DNA from: the human T2T-CHM13v2.0 reference genome, Homo sapiens
Direction: 5' to 3' (one strand)
DNA length: 64,000 nt
Assembly (NCBI RefSeq): GCF_009914755.1
Contig: NC_060933.1
Numbering within the stretch: position 1 is the first letter of the stretch; each line of letters opens with the position of its first letter. Below, one piece after another: positions 14,931-29,013 of this stretch. The notes beneath the pieces are model-generated. The model did no database searches, was not told the origin of the DNA, and saw only the letters and a program-made list of their open reading frames with translations. Made by a program: the position numbers and the translations under genes.

Positions 14931-17900
14931 AATGGAATGGAATGCAATGGAATGGAATCATCCGTAATGGAATGGAAAGGAATGGAATGGAATGGAATCA
15001 ACTCGATTGCAATCGAATGGAATGGAATGGAATTAACCCGAATAGAATGGAATGGAATGGAATGGAACGGAACGGAACGGAATGGAATGGAATGGATGGG
15101 AATAGAATGGAACGGAAAGGAATGGAATGGAATGGAATGGAATGGAATGGAATGGAATGGAATGGAATGGAATCAACGCGAGTGCAGGGGAATGGAATGG
15201 AATGGAATGCAATGGAATGGAATCTTCCGGAATTGAATGGAATGGAATGGAATGGAATGAAATGCAATGGATTCAACTCGATTGCAATGGAATGGAATAG
15301 AATGGAATGGAAAGGAATGGAATGGAATGGAATGGAATTAACCCGAATAGAATGGAATGGAATGGAATGGAACGGAATGGAACCGAATGGAATGGAATGG
15401 AATGGTATGGAATGGAATGGAATGGTACGGAATAGAATGGAATGGAACGAATTGTAATGGAATGGAATTGAATGGAATGGAATGGAATCAACGCAAGTGC
15501 AGGGGAATGTAATGGAACGGAATGGAATGGAATGGAATCATCCGGAATGGAATGGAATGGAATGGAATGCAATGGAATGGAATCAACCCGAGTGCAATGG
15601 AATGGAGTGGAATGGAATGGAATGGAATGCAAAAACCCGAATGGAATGGAATGTAATGGAGAGTAAGGGAGTTGAATAGAATCCATCCGAATGTAATGGA
15701 ATGGAATGCAAAGGAATGGAATGTAATGTAATGGAATGGAATGGAATGGAATGGAATGCAATGGAAAGGCATCAACCCGAGTACAATGGAATGGAATGGA
15801 ATGGAATGGAATGGAATGGAATGCCTTCAAACCGAATGGAATGGAAAGGAAAGGAATCAACACGAGTGGAATGGAATGGAATGGAATGGAATGGAATGGA
15901 ATGGAATGATACGGAATAGAATGGAATGGAACGAAATGGAATGGAATGGAATGGAATGGAATGGAATGGAATGGAATGGAATGGAATCGTTCCGAGTGGA
16001 ATAGGAGGGAATGTATTCGAGTGGAATGGAAAGGAATGGAATCAACCAGAGTGGAATGGAAGGGAATGGAATGGAATGGTAACTAATAGAATGGAATCAA
16101 CCCGAGTGGAATGGAATGGAAAGGACTGGAATGGAATGGAATGGAATGGAATGGAATGGAATGGAATCAACTCGATTGTAATGGAATGGAATGGAATGGA
16201 ATGGAATGGAATGGAATTAACCCGAATACAATGGAATGGAATGGAATGGAACGTAATGGAGTGGAATGGAATGGAATCAACCCGAGTGGAGGGGAATAGA
16301 ATGGAATGGAATGCAATGGAATCAACTCGATCGCAATGGAATGTAATGGAATGGAAAGGAATACATTGGAATCAACCCGAGTGGAATGGAATGGAAAGGA
16401 CTTGAATGGAGTGGAATGGAATGGAATGGAATGGAATCAACTCGATTGGAATGGAATGGAATGTAATGGAATGGAATGGAATTAACCCGAATAGAATGGA
16501 ATGGAATGGAATGGAACGGAACGGAACGGAGCGGAACGGAATGGAATGGAATGGAATGGAATGGAATGGAATGGAATGGAATGGAATGAATTCAACCCGA
16601 CTGCAGGGGAATGGAATGGAATGGAATGCAATGGAATGCATTCAACTTGAATGGAGTGGAAAGAATGGAATCAACACGAGTAGAATGGCATGGATTGCAA
16701 TGGAATGGAATGGAATCAACCCGAGTACAGGGGAATGGAATGGAATGGAATGCAATGGAATGGAATCATCCGTAATGGAATGGAAAGGAATGGAATGGAA
16801 TGGAATTAACCCGAATAGAATGGAATGGAACGGAATGGAACGGAATGGAACGGAATGGAATGGAATGGAATGGAATGGTATGGAAAGGAATGGAATGGTA
16901 CGGAATAGAATGGAATGGAACGAATTGTAATGGAATGGAATTGAATGGAATGGAATGGAATGGAATGGAATCAACGCGAGTGCAGGGGAATGTAATGCAA
17001 CGGAATGCAATGGAATGGAATCATCCGGAATGGAATGGAATGGAATGGAATGGAATGGAATGCAATGGAATGGAATGGAATCAACCCGAGTGCAATGGAA
17101 TGGAGTGGAATGGAAGGGAATGGAATGGAACAACCCGAATGGAATGGAATGTAATGGAGAGTAAGGGAGTTGAATAGAATCAATCCGAATGTAATGGAAT
17201 GGAATGCAACGGAATGGAATGGAATGGAATGGAGTGGAATGCAAAGGAATGGAATCAACCCGAGTACAATGGAATGGAATGGAATGGAATGGAATGGAAT
17301 GGAATGGAATGGAATGAAATGGAATGATACGGAATAGAATGGAATGGAACGAAATGGAAAGGAATGGAATGGAATGGAATGGAATGGAATGGAATCGTTC
17401 CGAGTGGAATAGGAGGGAATGTATTCGAGTGGAATGGAAAGGAATGGAATCAACCAGAGTGGAATGGAAGGGAATGGAATGGAATGGAAACTAATAGAAT
17501 GGAATCAACCCGAGTGGAATGGAATGGAAAGGACTGGAATGGAATGGAATGGAATGCAATCAACTCGATTGTAATGGAATGGAATGGAATGGAATGGAAT
17601 GGAAAGGAATGGAGTGGAATGGAATGGAATCAACCCGAGTGCAGGGGAATGGAATGGAATGGAATGCAATGGAATGGAATCATCCGGAATGGAATGGAAT
17701 GGAATGGAATGCAAAGCAATGGAATCAACTCGATTGCAATGGAATGGAATGGATTGGAAAGGAATACATTGGAATCAACCCGACTGGAATGGAATGGAAA
17801 GGACTGGAATGGAGTGGAATGGAATGGAATGGAATGGAATGGAATCAACTCGATTGGAATGGAATGGAATGGAATGGAATGGAATTAACCCGAATAGAAT

Positions 17901-20900
17901 GGAATGGAATGGAATGGAACGGAACGGAATGTAATGGAATGGAATGGAATGGAATGGAATGGAATGGAATGGAATCAACTCGACTGCAGGGGAATGGAAT
18001 GGAATGGAATGCAATGGAATGGATTCAACTTGAATGGAATGGAAAGAATGGAATCAACACGAGTGGAATGGCATGGATTGGAATGGAATGGAATGGAATG
18101 AACCCGAGTACAGGGTAATGGAACGGAATGGAATGCAATGGAATGGAATCATCCGTAATGGAATGGAAAGGAATGGAATGGAATGGAATGGAATGGAATG
18201 GAATGGAATGGAATGGAATCAACTCGATTGTAATCGAATGGAATGGAATTGAATTAACCCGAATAGAATGGAATGGAATGGAATGGAACGGAACGGAACG
18301 GAACGGAATGGATTGGAATGGAATGGAATGGAATGGAACGGAAAGGAATGGAATGGAATGGAATGGAATGGAATGGAATGGAATGGAATGGAATAAACCC
18401 GAGTGCAATGGAATGGAGTGGAATGGAATGGAATGGAATGGAACAACCCGAATGGAATGGAATGTAATGGAGAGTAAGGGAGTTGAATAGAATCAATCCG
18501 AATGTAATGGAATGGAATGGAACGGAATGGAATTGAATGGAATGGGATGGAATGCAATGGAATGGAATCAACCCGAGTGCAATGGAATGGAGAGGAATGG
18601 AATGGAATGGAATGTAAACTACCTGAATGGAATGGAATGTAATGGAGTGTAAGGGAATTGAATAGAATCAATCCGAATGTAATGGAATGGAATGGAACGG
18701 GATGGAATGGAATGGAATGGAATGGAATGGAATGGAATGGAATGCAATGGAATGGAATCAACCCGAGTGGAATGGCATGGAATGGAATGGAATGGAATGC
18801 AATGGAATGGAATCAACTCGAGTGGAAAGGAATGGAATGGAATGGAAAGGAATGGAATGAAATCAACTCGAGTGGAATGGAATGTGATGGAATGGATTGG
18901 AATGGATTGCAATGGAATGAAATGGAATGGAATGGAATGGAATCAATCATTCCGAGTGGAATGGAAGGGAATGTAATGGAGTGGAAAGAAGGGAATGGAA
19001 TCAACCCGATTGGAATGCAAGGCAATGGAATGGAATGGAAAGGAATGGAATGGAATCAACTCGATTGCAATGAAATGGAATGGAATGGAATGGAAAGGAA
19101 TGGAATTAACCGGAATAGAATGGAATGCAATGGAATGGAACGGAATGGAATGGAATGGAAGGGAATGGAATCAACACGAGTGCAGGGGAATGGAATGGTA
19201 AGGAATGCAATTGAATGGAATCATCCGGAATGGAATGGAATGGAATGGAATCAACTCCATTGCAATGGAATGGAATGGAATGGAATGCAATAGAATGGAA
19301 TGGAACGGAACAGAATGGAGTGGAATGGAATGGAATGGAATCAACCTGAGTGCAGGGGAATGGAATGGAATGGAATGCAATGGAATGCAATCTTCCGGAA
19401 TGGAATGGAATGGAATGAAATGCAATGGATTCAACTCGATTGCAATGGAATGGAATGGAATAGAATGGAATGGAATGGAATGGAATGGAATGGAATGGAA
19501 TTAACCCGAATAGAATGGAATGGAATGGAATGGAACGGAAAGGAACGGAATGGAATGGAATGCAATGGAATGGAACGGAACGGAACGGAATGGAATGGAA
19601 TGGAATGGAATCAACGCGAGTGCAGGGGAACGGAATGGAATGGAATGCAATGGAATGCAATCTTCCGCAATGGAATGGAATGGAATGGAATGGAATGAAA
19701 TGCAATGGATTCAACTCGATTGCAATGGAATGGAATAGAATGGAATGGAATGGAATTAACCCCAATAGAATGGAATGGAATGGAATGGAAAGGAACGGAA
19801 CGGAACGGAATGGAATGGAATGGAATGGAATGGAATGGTATGGAATGGAATGGAATGGTACGGAATAGAATGGAATGGAACGAATTGTAATGGAATGGAA
19901 TTGAATGGAATGGAATGGAATGGAATGGAATCAACGCGAGTGAAGGGGAATGTAATGGAACGGAATGCAATGGAATGGAATCATCCGGAATGGAATGGAA
20001 TGGAATGGAATGGAATGGAATCAACCCGAGTGCAATGGAATGGAGTGGAATGGAATGGAATGGAATGGAACAACCCGAATGGAATGGAATGTAATGGAGA
20101 GTAAGGTAGTTGAATAGAATCAATCCGAATGTAATGGAATTGAATGCAACGGAATGGAATGGAATCGAATGGAATGGAATGCAATGGAATGGAATCAACC
20201 CGAGTACAATGAAATGGAATGGAATGGAATGGAATGGAATGGAATGGAATGGAATGGAATGGAATGGAATGGAATGGAATGCCTTCAAACTGAATGGAAT
20301 GGAAAGGAATGGAATCAACACGAGTGGAATGGAATGGAATGGAATGGAATGGAATGGAATGGAAAGGAATGGAACGGAATAGAATGGAATGGAACGAAAT
20401 GCAATTGAATGGAATGGAATGGAATGGAATGGAATCGTTCCGAGTGGAATAGGAGGGAATGTATTCGAGTGGAATGGAAAGGAATGGAATCAACCAGAGT
20501 GGAATGGAAGGGAATGGAATGGAATGGAAACTAATAGAATGGAATCAACCCGAGTGGAATGGAATGGAAAGGACTGGAATGGAATGGAATGGAATGGAAT
20601 GGAATGGAATGGAATCAACTCGATTGTAATGGAATGGAATGGAATGGAATGGAATGGAATGGAATGGAATGGAATGCAATGGAATTAACCCGAATACAAT
20701 GGAATGGAATGCAATGGAACTGAATGGAGTGGAATGGAATGGAATCAACCCGAGTGCATGGTAATGGAATGCAATGGAATGCAATGGAAAGGAATCATCC
20801 GGAATGGAATGGAATGGAATGGAATGCAAAGAAATGGAATCAACTCGATTGCAATGGAATGGAATGGAATGGAAAGGAATAGAATGGAATCAACCCGAGT

Positions 20901-23900
20901 GGAATGGAATGGAAAGGACTGGAATTGAGTGGAATGGAATGGAATGGAATGGAATGGAATCAACTCGATTGGAATGGAATGGAATGGAATGGAATGGAAT
21001 GGAATGGAATTAACCCGAATAGAATGGAATGGAATGGAATGGAACGGAATGGAATGGAATGGAATGGAATGGAATGGAATGGAATGGAATGGAATCAACC
21101 CGACTGCAGGGGAATGGAATGGAATGGAATGCAATGGAATGGAATCATCCGGAACGGAATGGAATGGAATGGAATGGAATCAACTCGATTGCAATGGAAT
21201 GGAATGGAATGGAATGGAATCGAATGGAATGGAATGGAATGGAATCAACTCGATTGCAATCGAATGGAATGGAATGGAATTAACCCGAATAGAATGGAAT
21301 GGAATGGAATGGAAAGGAGCGGAATGGAATGGAATGGAATGGAATGGAATGGAATGGAATGGAACGGAACGGAATGGAATGGAATGGAATGGAATGGAAT
21401 GGAATGGAATCAACGCGAGTGCAGGGGAATGGAATGGAATGGAATGGAATGGAATGAAATGCAATGGATTCAACTCGATTGCAATGGAATGGAATAGAAT
21501 GGAATGGAATGGAATGGAATGGAATGGAATTAACCCGAATAGAATGGAATGGAATGGAATGGAATGGTATGGAATTTAATGGAATGGAATCAACTCGATT
21601 GTAATGGAATGGAATGGAATGGAATGGAATTAACCCGAATACAATCGAATGGAATGGAATGGAACGGAATGGAGTGGAATGGAATGGAATCAACCCGAGT
21701 GCAGGGGAATGGAATGGAATGGAATGCAATGGAATGGAATCATCCGGAATGGAATGGAACGGAATGGAATGCAAAACAATGGAATCAACTCGATTGCAAT
21801 GGAATGGGATGGAATGGAAAAGAATAGAATGGAATCAACCTGATTGGAATGGAATGGAAAGGACTGGAATGGAGTGGAATGGAATGGAATGGAATGGAAT
21901 GGAATCAACTCGATTGGAATGGAGTGGAATGGAATTTGAATGGAATGGAATGGAATGGAATGGAATTAACCCGAATAGAATGGAATGGAATGGAATGGAC
22001 CGGAATGGAATGGAATGGAATGGAATGGAATGGAATCAACCCGAGTGCAATGGAATGGAGTGGAATGGAATGGAATGGAATGGAACAACCCGAAGGGAAT
22101 GGAATGTAATGGAGAGTAAGGGAGTTGAATAGAATCAATCCGATTGTAATGGAATGGAATGCAACGGAATGGAATGGAATGGAATGGAATGGAATTAACC
22201 CGAATAGAATTGAATGGAATGGAATGGAACGGAACGGAACGGAATGGAATGGAATGGAATGGAATGGAATGGAATCAACCCGACTGCAGGGGAATGGAAT
22301 GGAATGGAATGGAATGGAATGGAATCATCCGGAACGGAATGGAATGGAATGGAATGGAATAAACTCGATTGCAATGGAATGGAATGGAATGGAATGGAAT
22401 CGAATGGAATGGAATGGAATTAACCCGAATGGAATGGAATGGAATGGAATGGAAAGGAATGGAAGGGAATGGAATGGAATGTAATCAACCCGAGTGCAAG
22501 GGAATGGAATAGAATGGAATGCAATGGAATGGAATCATCCGGAATGGAATGGAATGGAATGGAATGCAATCAAACTGATGCAATGGAATGGAGTGGAATG
22601 GAATGGAATGGAATGGAAACATCCCGAATGGAATGGAATGTAATGGAGTGTAAGGGAATTGAATACATTCAATCCGAATGTAATGGAAAGGAATGGGATG
22701 AAATGGAATTGAATGGAATGGAATGGAATCAACCCGAGTGCAATGGAATGGATTCGAATGGAATGGAATGGAATGGAATGGATTCAACAACAATGGAATG
22801 GAAAGGAATGGAATCAACCCGAGTGGAATGGAATGGGATGGAATGGAATGGTACGGATTAGAATGGAATGGAATGAAATGGAATGGAATGGAATGGAATG
22901 GAATGGAATGGAATGAACCCGTGTGCAATGGAATGGAATGGAATGGAATGGAATGGATTCAACTCGAATGGAATCAACTCGATTGCAATGGAATGGAATG
23001 GAATGGAAAGGAATAGAATGGAATCAACCCGAGTGGAATGGAATGGAAAGGACTGGAATGGAGTGGAATGGAATGGAATGGAATTAACACGAATAGAATG
23101 GAATGGAACGGAATGGAATGCAATGTAATGCAATGGAATGGAATGGAATCAATCCGAGTGCAGGGGAATGGAATGGAATGGAATGCAATGGAATGGAATG
23201 ACCCGGAATGGAATGGAATGGAATGGAATGGAATAGAATGGAAAGGAATCAACTCGATTTCAATGGAATGGAATGGAATAGAATGGAATGGAATTAACAC
23301 GAATGGAATGGAATGGAATAGAATGGAATGGAATGGAACAGAAAGGAATGGAATGGAATGGAATGGAATCAACCCAAGTGCAGGGGAATGGAATGGAATG
23401 GAATTCTATGGAATGGAATCATCAGAATGGAATGGAATGGAATGGAATGGAATGGAATGAACCCGAGTGCAATGGAATGGAGAGGAATGGAATGGAATGT
23501 AATGGAAACTACCCGATTGTATTGTAATGTAATGCAGTGTAAGGGAATTGAATAGAATGAATCCGAATGGAATGGAATGTAATGGAAAGGAATGGAATGG
23601 AATGGAATGGAATGGAATGGAATGGAATGGAATCAACTCGATTGCAATCGAATGGAATGGAATGGAATTAACCCGAATAGAATGGAATGGAATGGAATGG
23701 AATGGAATCGAACGGAACGGAATGGAATGGTATGGAATGGAATGGAATGGAATGGAACGGAACGGAACGGAACGGAATGGAATGGAATCGAATGGAATGG
23801 AATCAACGCGAGTTCAGGGGAATGGAATGGAATGGAATGCAATGGAATGGAAACTTCCGGAATGGAATGGAATGGAATGGAATGGAATGGAATGGAATGG

Positions 23901-26900
23901 AATGGAATCAACCCGAGTACAGGGGAATGGAATGGAATGTAATGCAATGGAATGGAATCATTCGTAATGGAATGGAAAGGAATGGAATGGAATGGAATGG
24001 AATGGAATCAACTCGATTGCAATCGAATGGAATGGAATGGAATTAACCCGAATACAATGGAATGGAATGGAACGGAACGGAACGGAACGGAATGGAATGG
24101 AATGCAATGGAACGGAACGGAACGGAACGGAATGGAATGGAATGGAATGGAATGGAATCAACGCGAGTGCAGGGGAATGGAATGGAATGGATTGCAATGG
24201 AATGGAATCTTCCGGAATGGAATGGAATGGAATGGAATGGAATGCAATGGATTCAACTCGATTGCAATGGAATGGAATAGAATGGAATGGAATGGAATGA
24301 ATTGTAATTAACCCGCATAGAATGGAATGGAATGGAATGGAACGGAACGGAACGGAATGGAACGGAAAAGAATGGAATGCAATGGAATGGAATGGAATTG
24401 TATGGAATGGAATGGAATGGTACGGAATAGAATGGAATGGAAAGAATTGGAATGGAATGGAATCGAATGGAATGGAATGGAATGGAATTGAATCAACCGG
24501 AGTGCAGGGGAATGTAATGGAACGGAATGCAATGGAATGGAATCAACCGGAATTGAATGGAATGGAATGGAATGGAATGGAATCAACCCGAGTGCAATGG
24601 AATGGAGTGGAATGGAATGGAATGGAATGGAACAACCCGAATGGAATGGAATGTAATGGAGAGTAAGGGAGTTGAATAGAAGCAATCCGAATGTAATGGA
24701 ATGGAACGGAAAGGAATGGAATGGAATGGAATGGAATGGAATGGAATGGAATGGAATGGAATGCAATGGAATGGAATCAACCCGAGTACAATGGAATGGA
24801 ATGGAATGGAATGGAATGGAATGGAATGGAATCGAATGCAATGGAATGGAATCATCCGGAGTGGAATGGAATGGAATGGAATGGAATGGAATCAACCCGA
24901 GTGAAATGGAATGGAGTGAAATGGAATGGAATGGAAGGGAATGGAATTGAATGGAATCAACCCGAGAGCAGGGGAATGGTAATGAATGGAATGCAATGGA
25001 ATGGAATCATCCGGAATGGAATGGAATGCAATCAACCTGATGCAATGGAATGGAGTGGAATGGAATGGAATGGAATGGAAACATCCCGAATGGAATGGAA
25101 TGTAATGGAGTGTAAGGGAATTGAATAGAATCAATCCGAATGTAATGGAAGGGAATGGAATGAAATGAAATGGAATTGAATGGAATGGAATCAACCCGAG
25201 TACAATGGAATGGATTCGAATGCAATGGAATGGAATGAAATGGATTCAACAAGAATGGAATGGAAAGGAATGGAATCAACCCGTGTGTAATGGCATGGAA
25301 TGGAACGGAATGGAATGGGATGGAATGGAATGGTACGGAATAGAATGGAATGGAATGAAATGGAATGGAATGGAACGGAATGAAATGGAATGGAATGGAA
25401 TGGAATGGAATGCAATGGAATGGAATGGAACGAAACCGTGTGCAATGGAATGGAATGGATTGGAATGGAATGGATTCAACTCGAATGGAATCAACTCGAC
25501 AGCATTGGAATGGAATGGAATGGAAAGGAATAGAATGGAATCAACCCGAGTGGAAAGGAATGGAAAGGACTGGAATGGAGTGGAATGGAATGGAATGGAA
25601 TTAACCCGCATAGAATGGAATGGAACGGAATGCAACGGAATTGAATGGAATGGAAAGGAATGGAATCAACCCGAGTGCAGGCTAATGGAATGGAATGGAA
25701 TGCAATTGAATGGAATCATCCGGAATGGAACGGAATGGAATGGAATGGAATCAACCCAAGTGCAATGGAATGGAGTGAAATGGAATGGAATGGAATGGAA
25801 ACAACCAGAATGGATTGCAATTTAATGGAGTGTAAGGGAATTGAATAGAATCAATCTGAATGTAAAGAAATGGAATGGAACGGAATGGAATGGAATGGAA
25901 TGGAATGGAATCAACCCGAGTGCAATGGAATAGATTCGAATGCAATGGAATGGAATGGAAAGGATTCAACCCGAATGGAATGGAATCGAATGGAATCAAC
26001 CAGAATGGAATGGCACGGAATGGAATGGAATGGAATGGAATGGAATGGAATGGAATGGAATGGTTCGCAATAGAAGGGATTGGAACGAAATGAAATGGAA
26101 CGGAATGGAAAGGAATGGAATGGAATGGAATGGAATGGAATCAACTCGATTGCAATGGAATGGAATGGAATGGAATGGAATGGAATGGAATGGAACCGAA
26201 TGGAATATAATGGAATGGAATGGAATCAACCCGAGTGCAGGGGAATGGAATGGAATGGAATGCAATGGAATGGAATCAACCCGAGTACAGGGGAATGCAA
26301 TGGAATGGAATGCAATGGAATGGAATCATCCGTAATGGAATGGAAAGGAATGGAATGGAATGGAATGGAAAGGAATGGAATGGAATCAACTCGAGTGGAA
26401 TGGAATGGAATGGAATGGATTGGAATGGATTGCAATGGAATGAAATGGAATGGAATGGAATGGAATCAATCATTCCGAGTGGAATGGAAGGGAAAGTAAT
26501 GGAGTGGAAGAAAGGAATGGAATAAACCCGAGTGGAATGCAAGGGAATGAAATGGAATGGAATGGAAAGGAATGGCATGGAATCAACCCAAGTGGAATGG
26601 AATGCAAAGGAATGGAATGGAATGGAATCAATCAACCCGAGTGCAATGGAACCGAATAGAATGCAATGGAATGCAATGGAAACTACCCGAATGGAATGGA
26701 ATGTAATGGAGTGTAAAGGAATTGAAAAGAATCAATCAGAGTGTAATGGAATGGAATGGAACGGAATGGAATGGAATGGAATGGAATCGAATGGAATGGA
26801 ATGAAATGGAATGGAATGGAATCGAATGGAATGGAATGGAATGGAATCAACCCGAGTGCAATGGTATGGAATGCAATGGAATGGAATGGAATGGAATGGA

Positions 26901-28973
26901 ATGGAATGGAATGGATTGAACCCGAATGGAATGGAAAGGAATGGAATCAAACCGAGTGGAATGGCATGGAATGGAATGGAATGGAATGGTATGGAATAGA
27001 TTGGAATGGAACGAAATGGAATGGAATGGAATGGAATGAAATGGAATGGAATGGAACGGAATGAACCCGTGTGAAATGGAATGGAATGGAATGGAATGGA
27101 ATGGAATGGAATGGAATGGAATGGAATGCAATGGATTCAACTCGAATGGAATGGAAAGGAATGGAATCAACCCGAGCGGAATGGCATGGCATGGAATGGA
27201 ATGGAACGGAAAGGAGTGGAATGGAATGGAATAGTACGGAACAGAATGGAATGGAACGATATGGAATGGAATGGAATGGAATGGAATGGAATGGAATGGA
27301 ATCGAAAGGAATGGAATCATTCCGACTGGAATAGAAGGGAATGTATTCGAGTGGAATGCAAAGGAATGGAATCAACCAGAGTGGAATGGAAGGGAATGGA
27401 ATGGAATGGAAATGAATAGAATGGAATCAACCCGAGTGGAATGGAATGGAAAGGACTGGAATGGAATGGAATGGAATGGAATCAACTCGATTGTAATGGA
27501 ATGGAATGGAATGGAATGGAATGGAAGGAATTAACCCAAATACAATGGAATGGAATGGAATGGAACGGAATGGAATAGAATGGAATGGAATGGAAAGGAA
27601 TGGAATGGAATCAACTCGATTGCAATGGAATGGAATGGAATGGAATTAACCCCAATAGAATGGAATGGAATGGAACGGAATGGAATGGAATGGAATGGAA
27701 TGGAATCAACCCGAGTGCAGGGGAATGGAATGGAATGCAATGGAATGGAATCATCCGGAATGGAATGGAATGGAATGGAATGGAATGGAAACAACCAGAA
27801 TGGATTGGAATATAATGGAGTGTAAGTGAATTGAATAGAATCAATCTGAATGTAATGAAATGGAATGGAATGGAATGGAATGGAATGGAATGGAATCGAA
27901 TGGAATGGAATGGAATGGAATCAACCCGAGTGCAATGGAATGGATTCGAATGGAATGGAATGGAGTGGATTGGATTCAACCCGAATGGAATGGAAAGGAA
28001 TGGAATCAATCCGTGTGGAATGGCATGGAATGGAATGGAATGGAATGGAATGGAATGGAATGGAAGCAAGTCGATTGCAATGGAATGGAATGGAATGGAA
28101 TGGAACGGATTGGAATGGAATGGAATGGAATGGAATGGAATGGAATGGAATTAAATGGAATGGAATGGAATGGAATCAACCCGAGTGCAGGGGAATGGAA
28201 TGGAATGGAATGCAATGGAATGGAATGGAATGGAATGGAATGGAATGGAATGGAATGGAATGGAATCAACCCGAGTGGAATGGCATGGAATGGAATGCAA
28301 TGGAATGGCATGGAATGGAATCAACTCGAGTAGAAAGGAATGGAATGGAATGGAATGGAATGGAATGAAATCAACTCGAGTGGAATGGAATGGAATGGAA
28401 TGGATTCGAATGGATTGCAATGGAATGAAATGGAATGGAATGGAATGGAATCAATCATTCCGAGTGGAATGGAAGGGAATGTAATGGAGTGGAAAGAAGG
28501 GAATGGAATCAACCCGAGTGGAATGCAAGGCAATGGAATGGAATGGAAAGGAATGGAATGGAATCAACTCGATTGCAATGGAATGGAATGGAATGGAATG
28601 GAATGGAAAGGAAAGGAATGGAATGGAATGAAATGGAATGGAATGGAATGCAATGGAATGGAATCAACCCGAGTGCAATCGAATGGAATCGAATGGAATG
28701 GAATGCAATGGAATGGATTCAACTTGAATGGAATGGAAAGAATGGAATCAACACGAGTGGAATGGCATGGATTGGAATGGAATGGAATGGAATCAACCCG
28801 AGTACAGGGGAATGGAATGGAATGGAATGCAATGGAATGGAATCATCCGTAATGGAATGGAAAGGAATGGAATGGAATGGAATGGAATGGAATGGAATGG
28901 AATGGAATCAACTCGATTGCAATCGAATGGAATGGAATGGAATTAACCCGAATAGAATGGAATGGAATGGAAT

Positions 28974-29013
28974 GGAACGGAACGGAACGGAACGGAACGG
29001 AACGGAACGGAAC
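28974..29013 (+). repeat. (GGAAC)8 CpG-rich variant tract
   Basis: Eight consecutive GGAAC units, giving a CpG every 5 bp. Confidence 0.9.
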
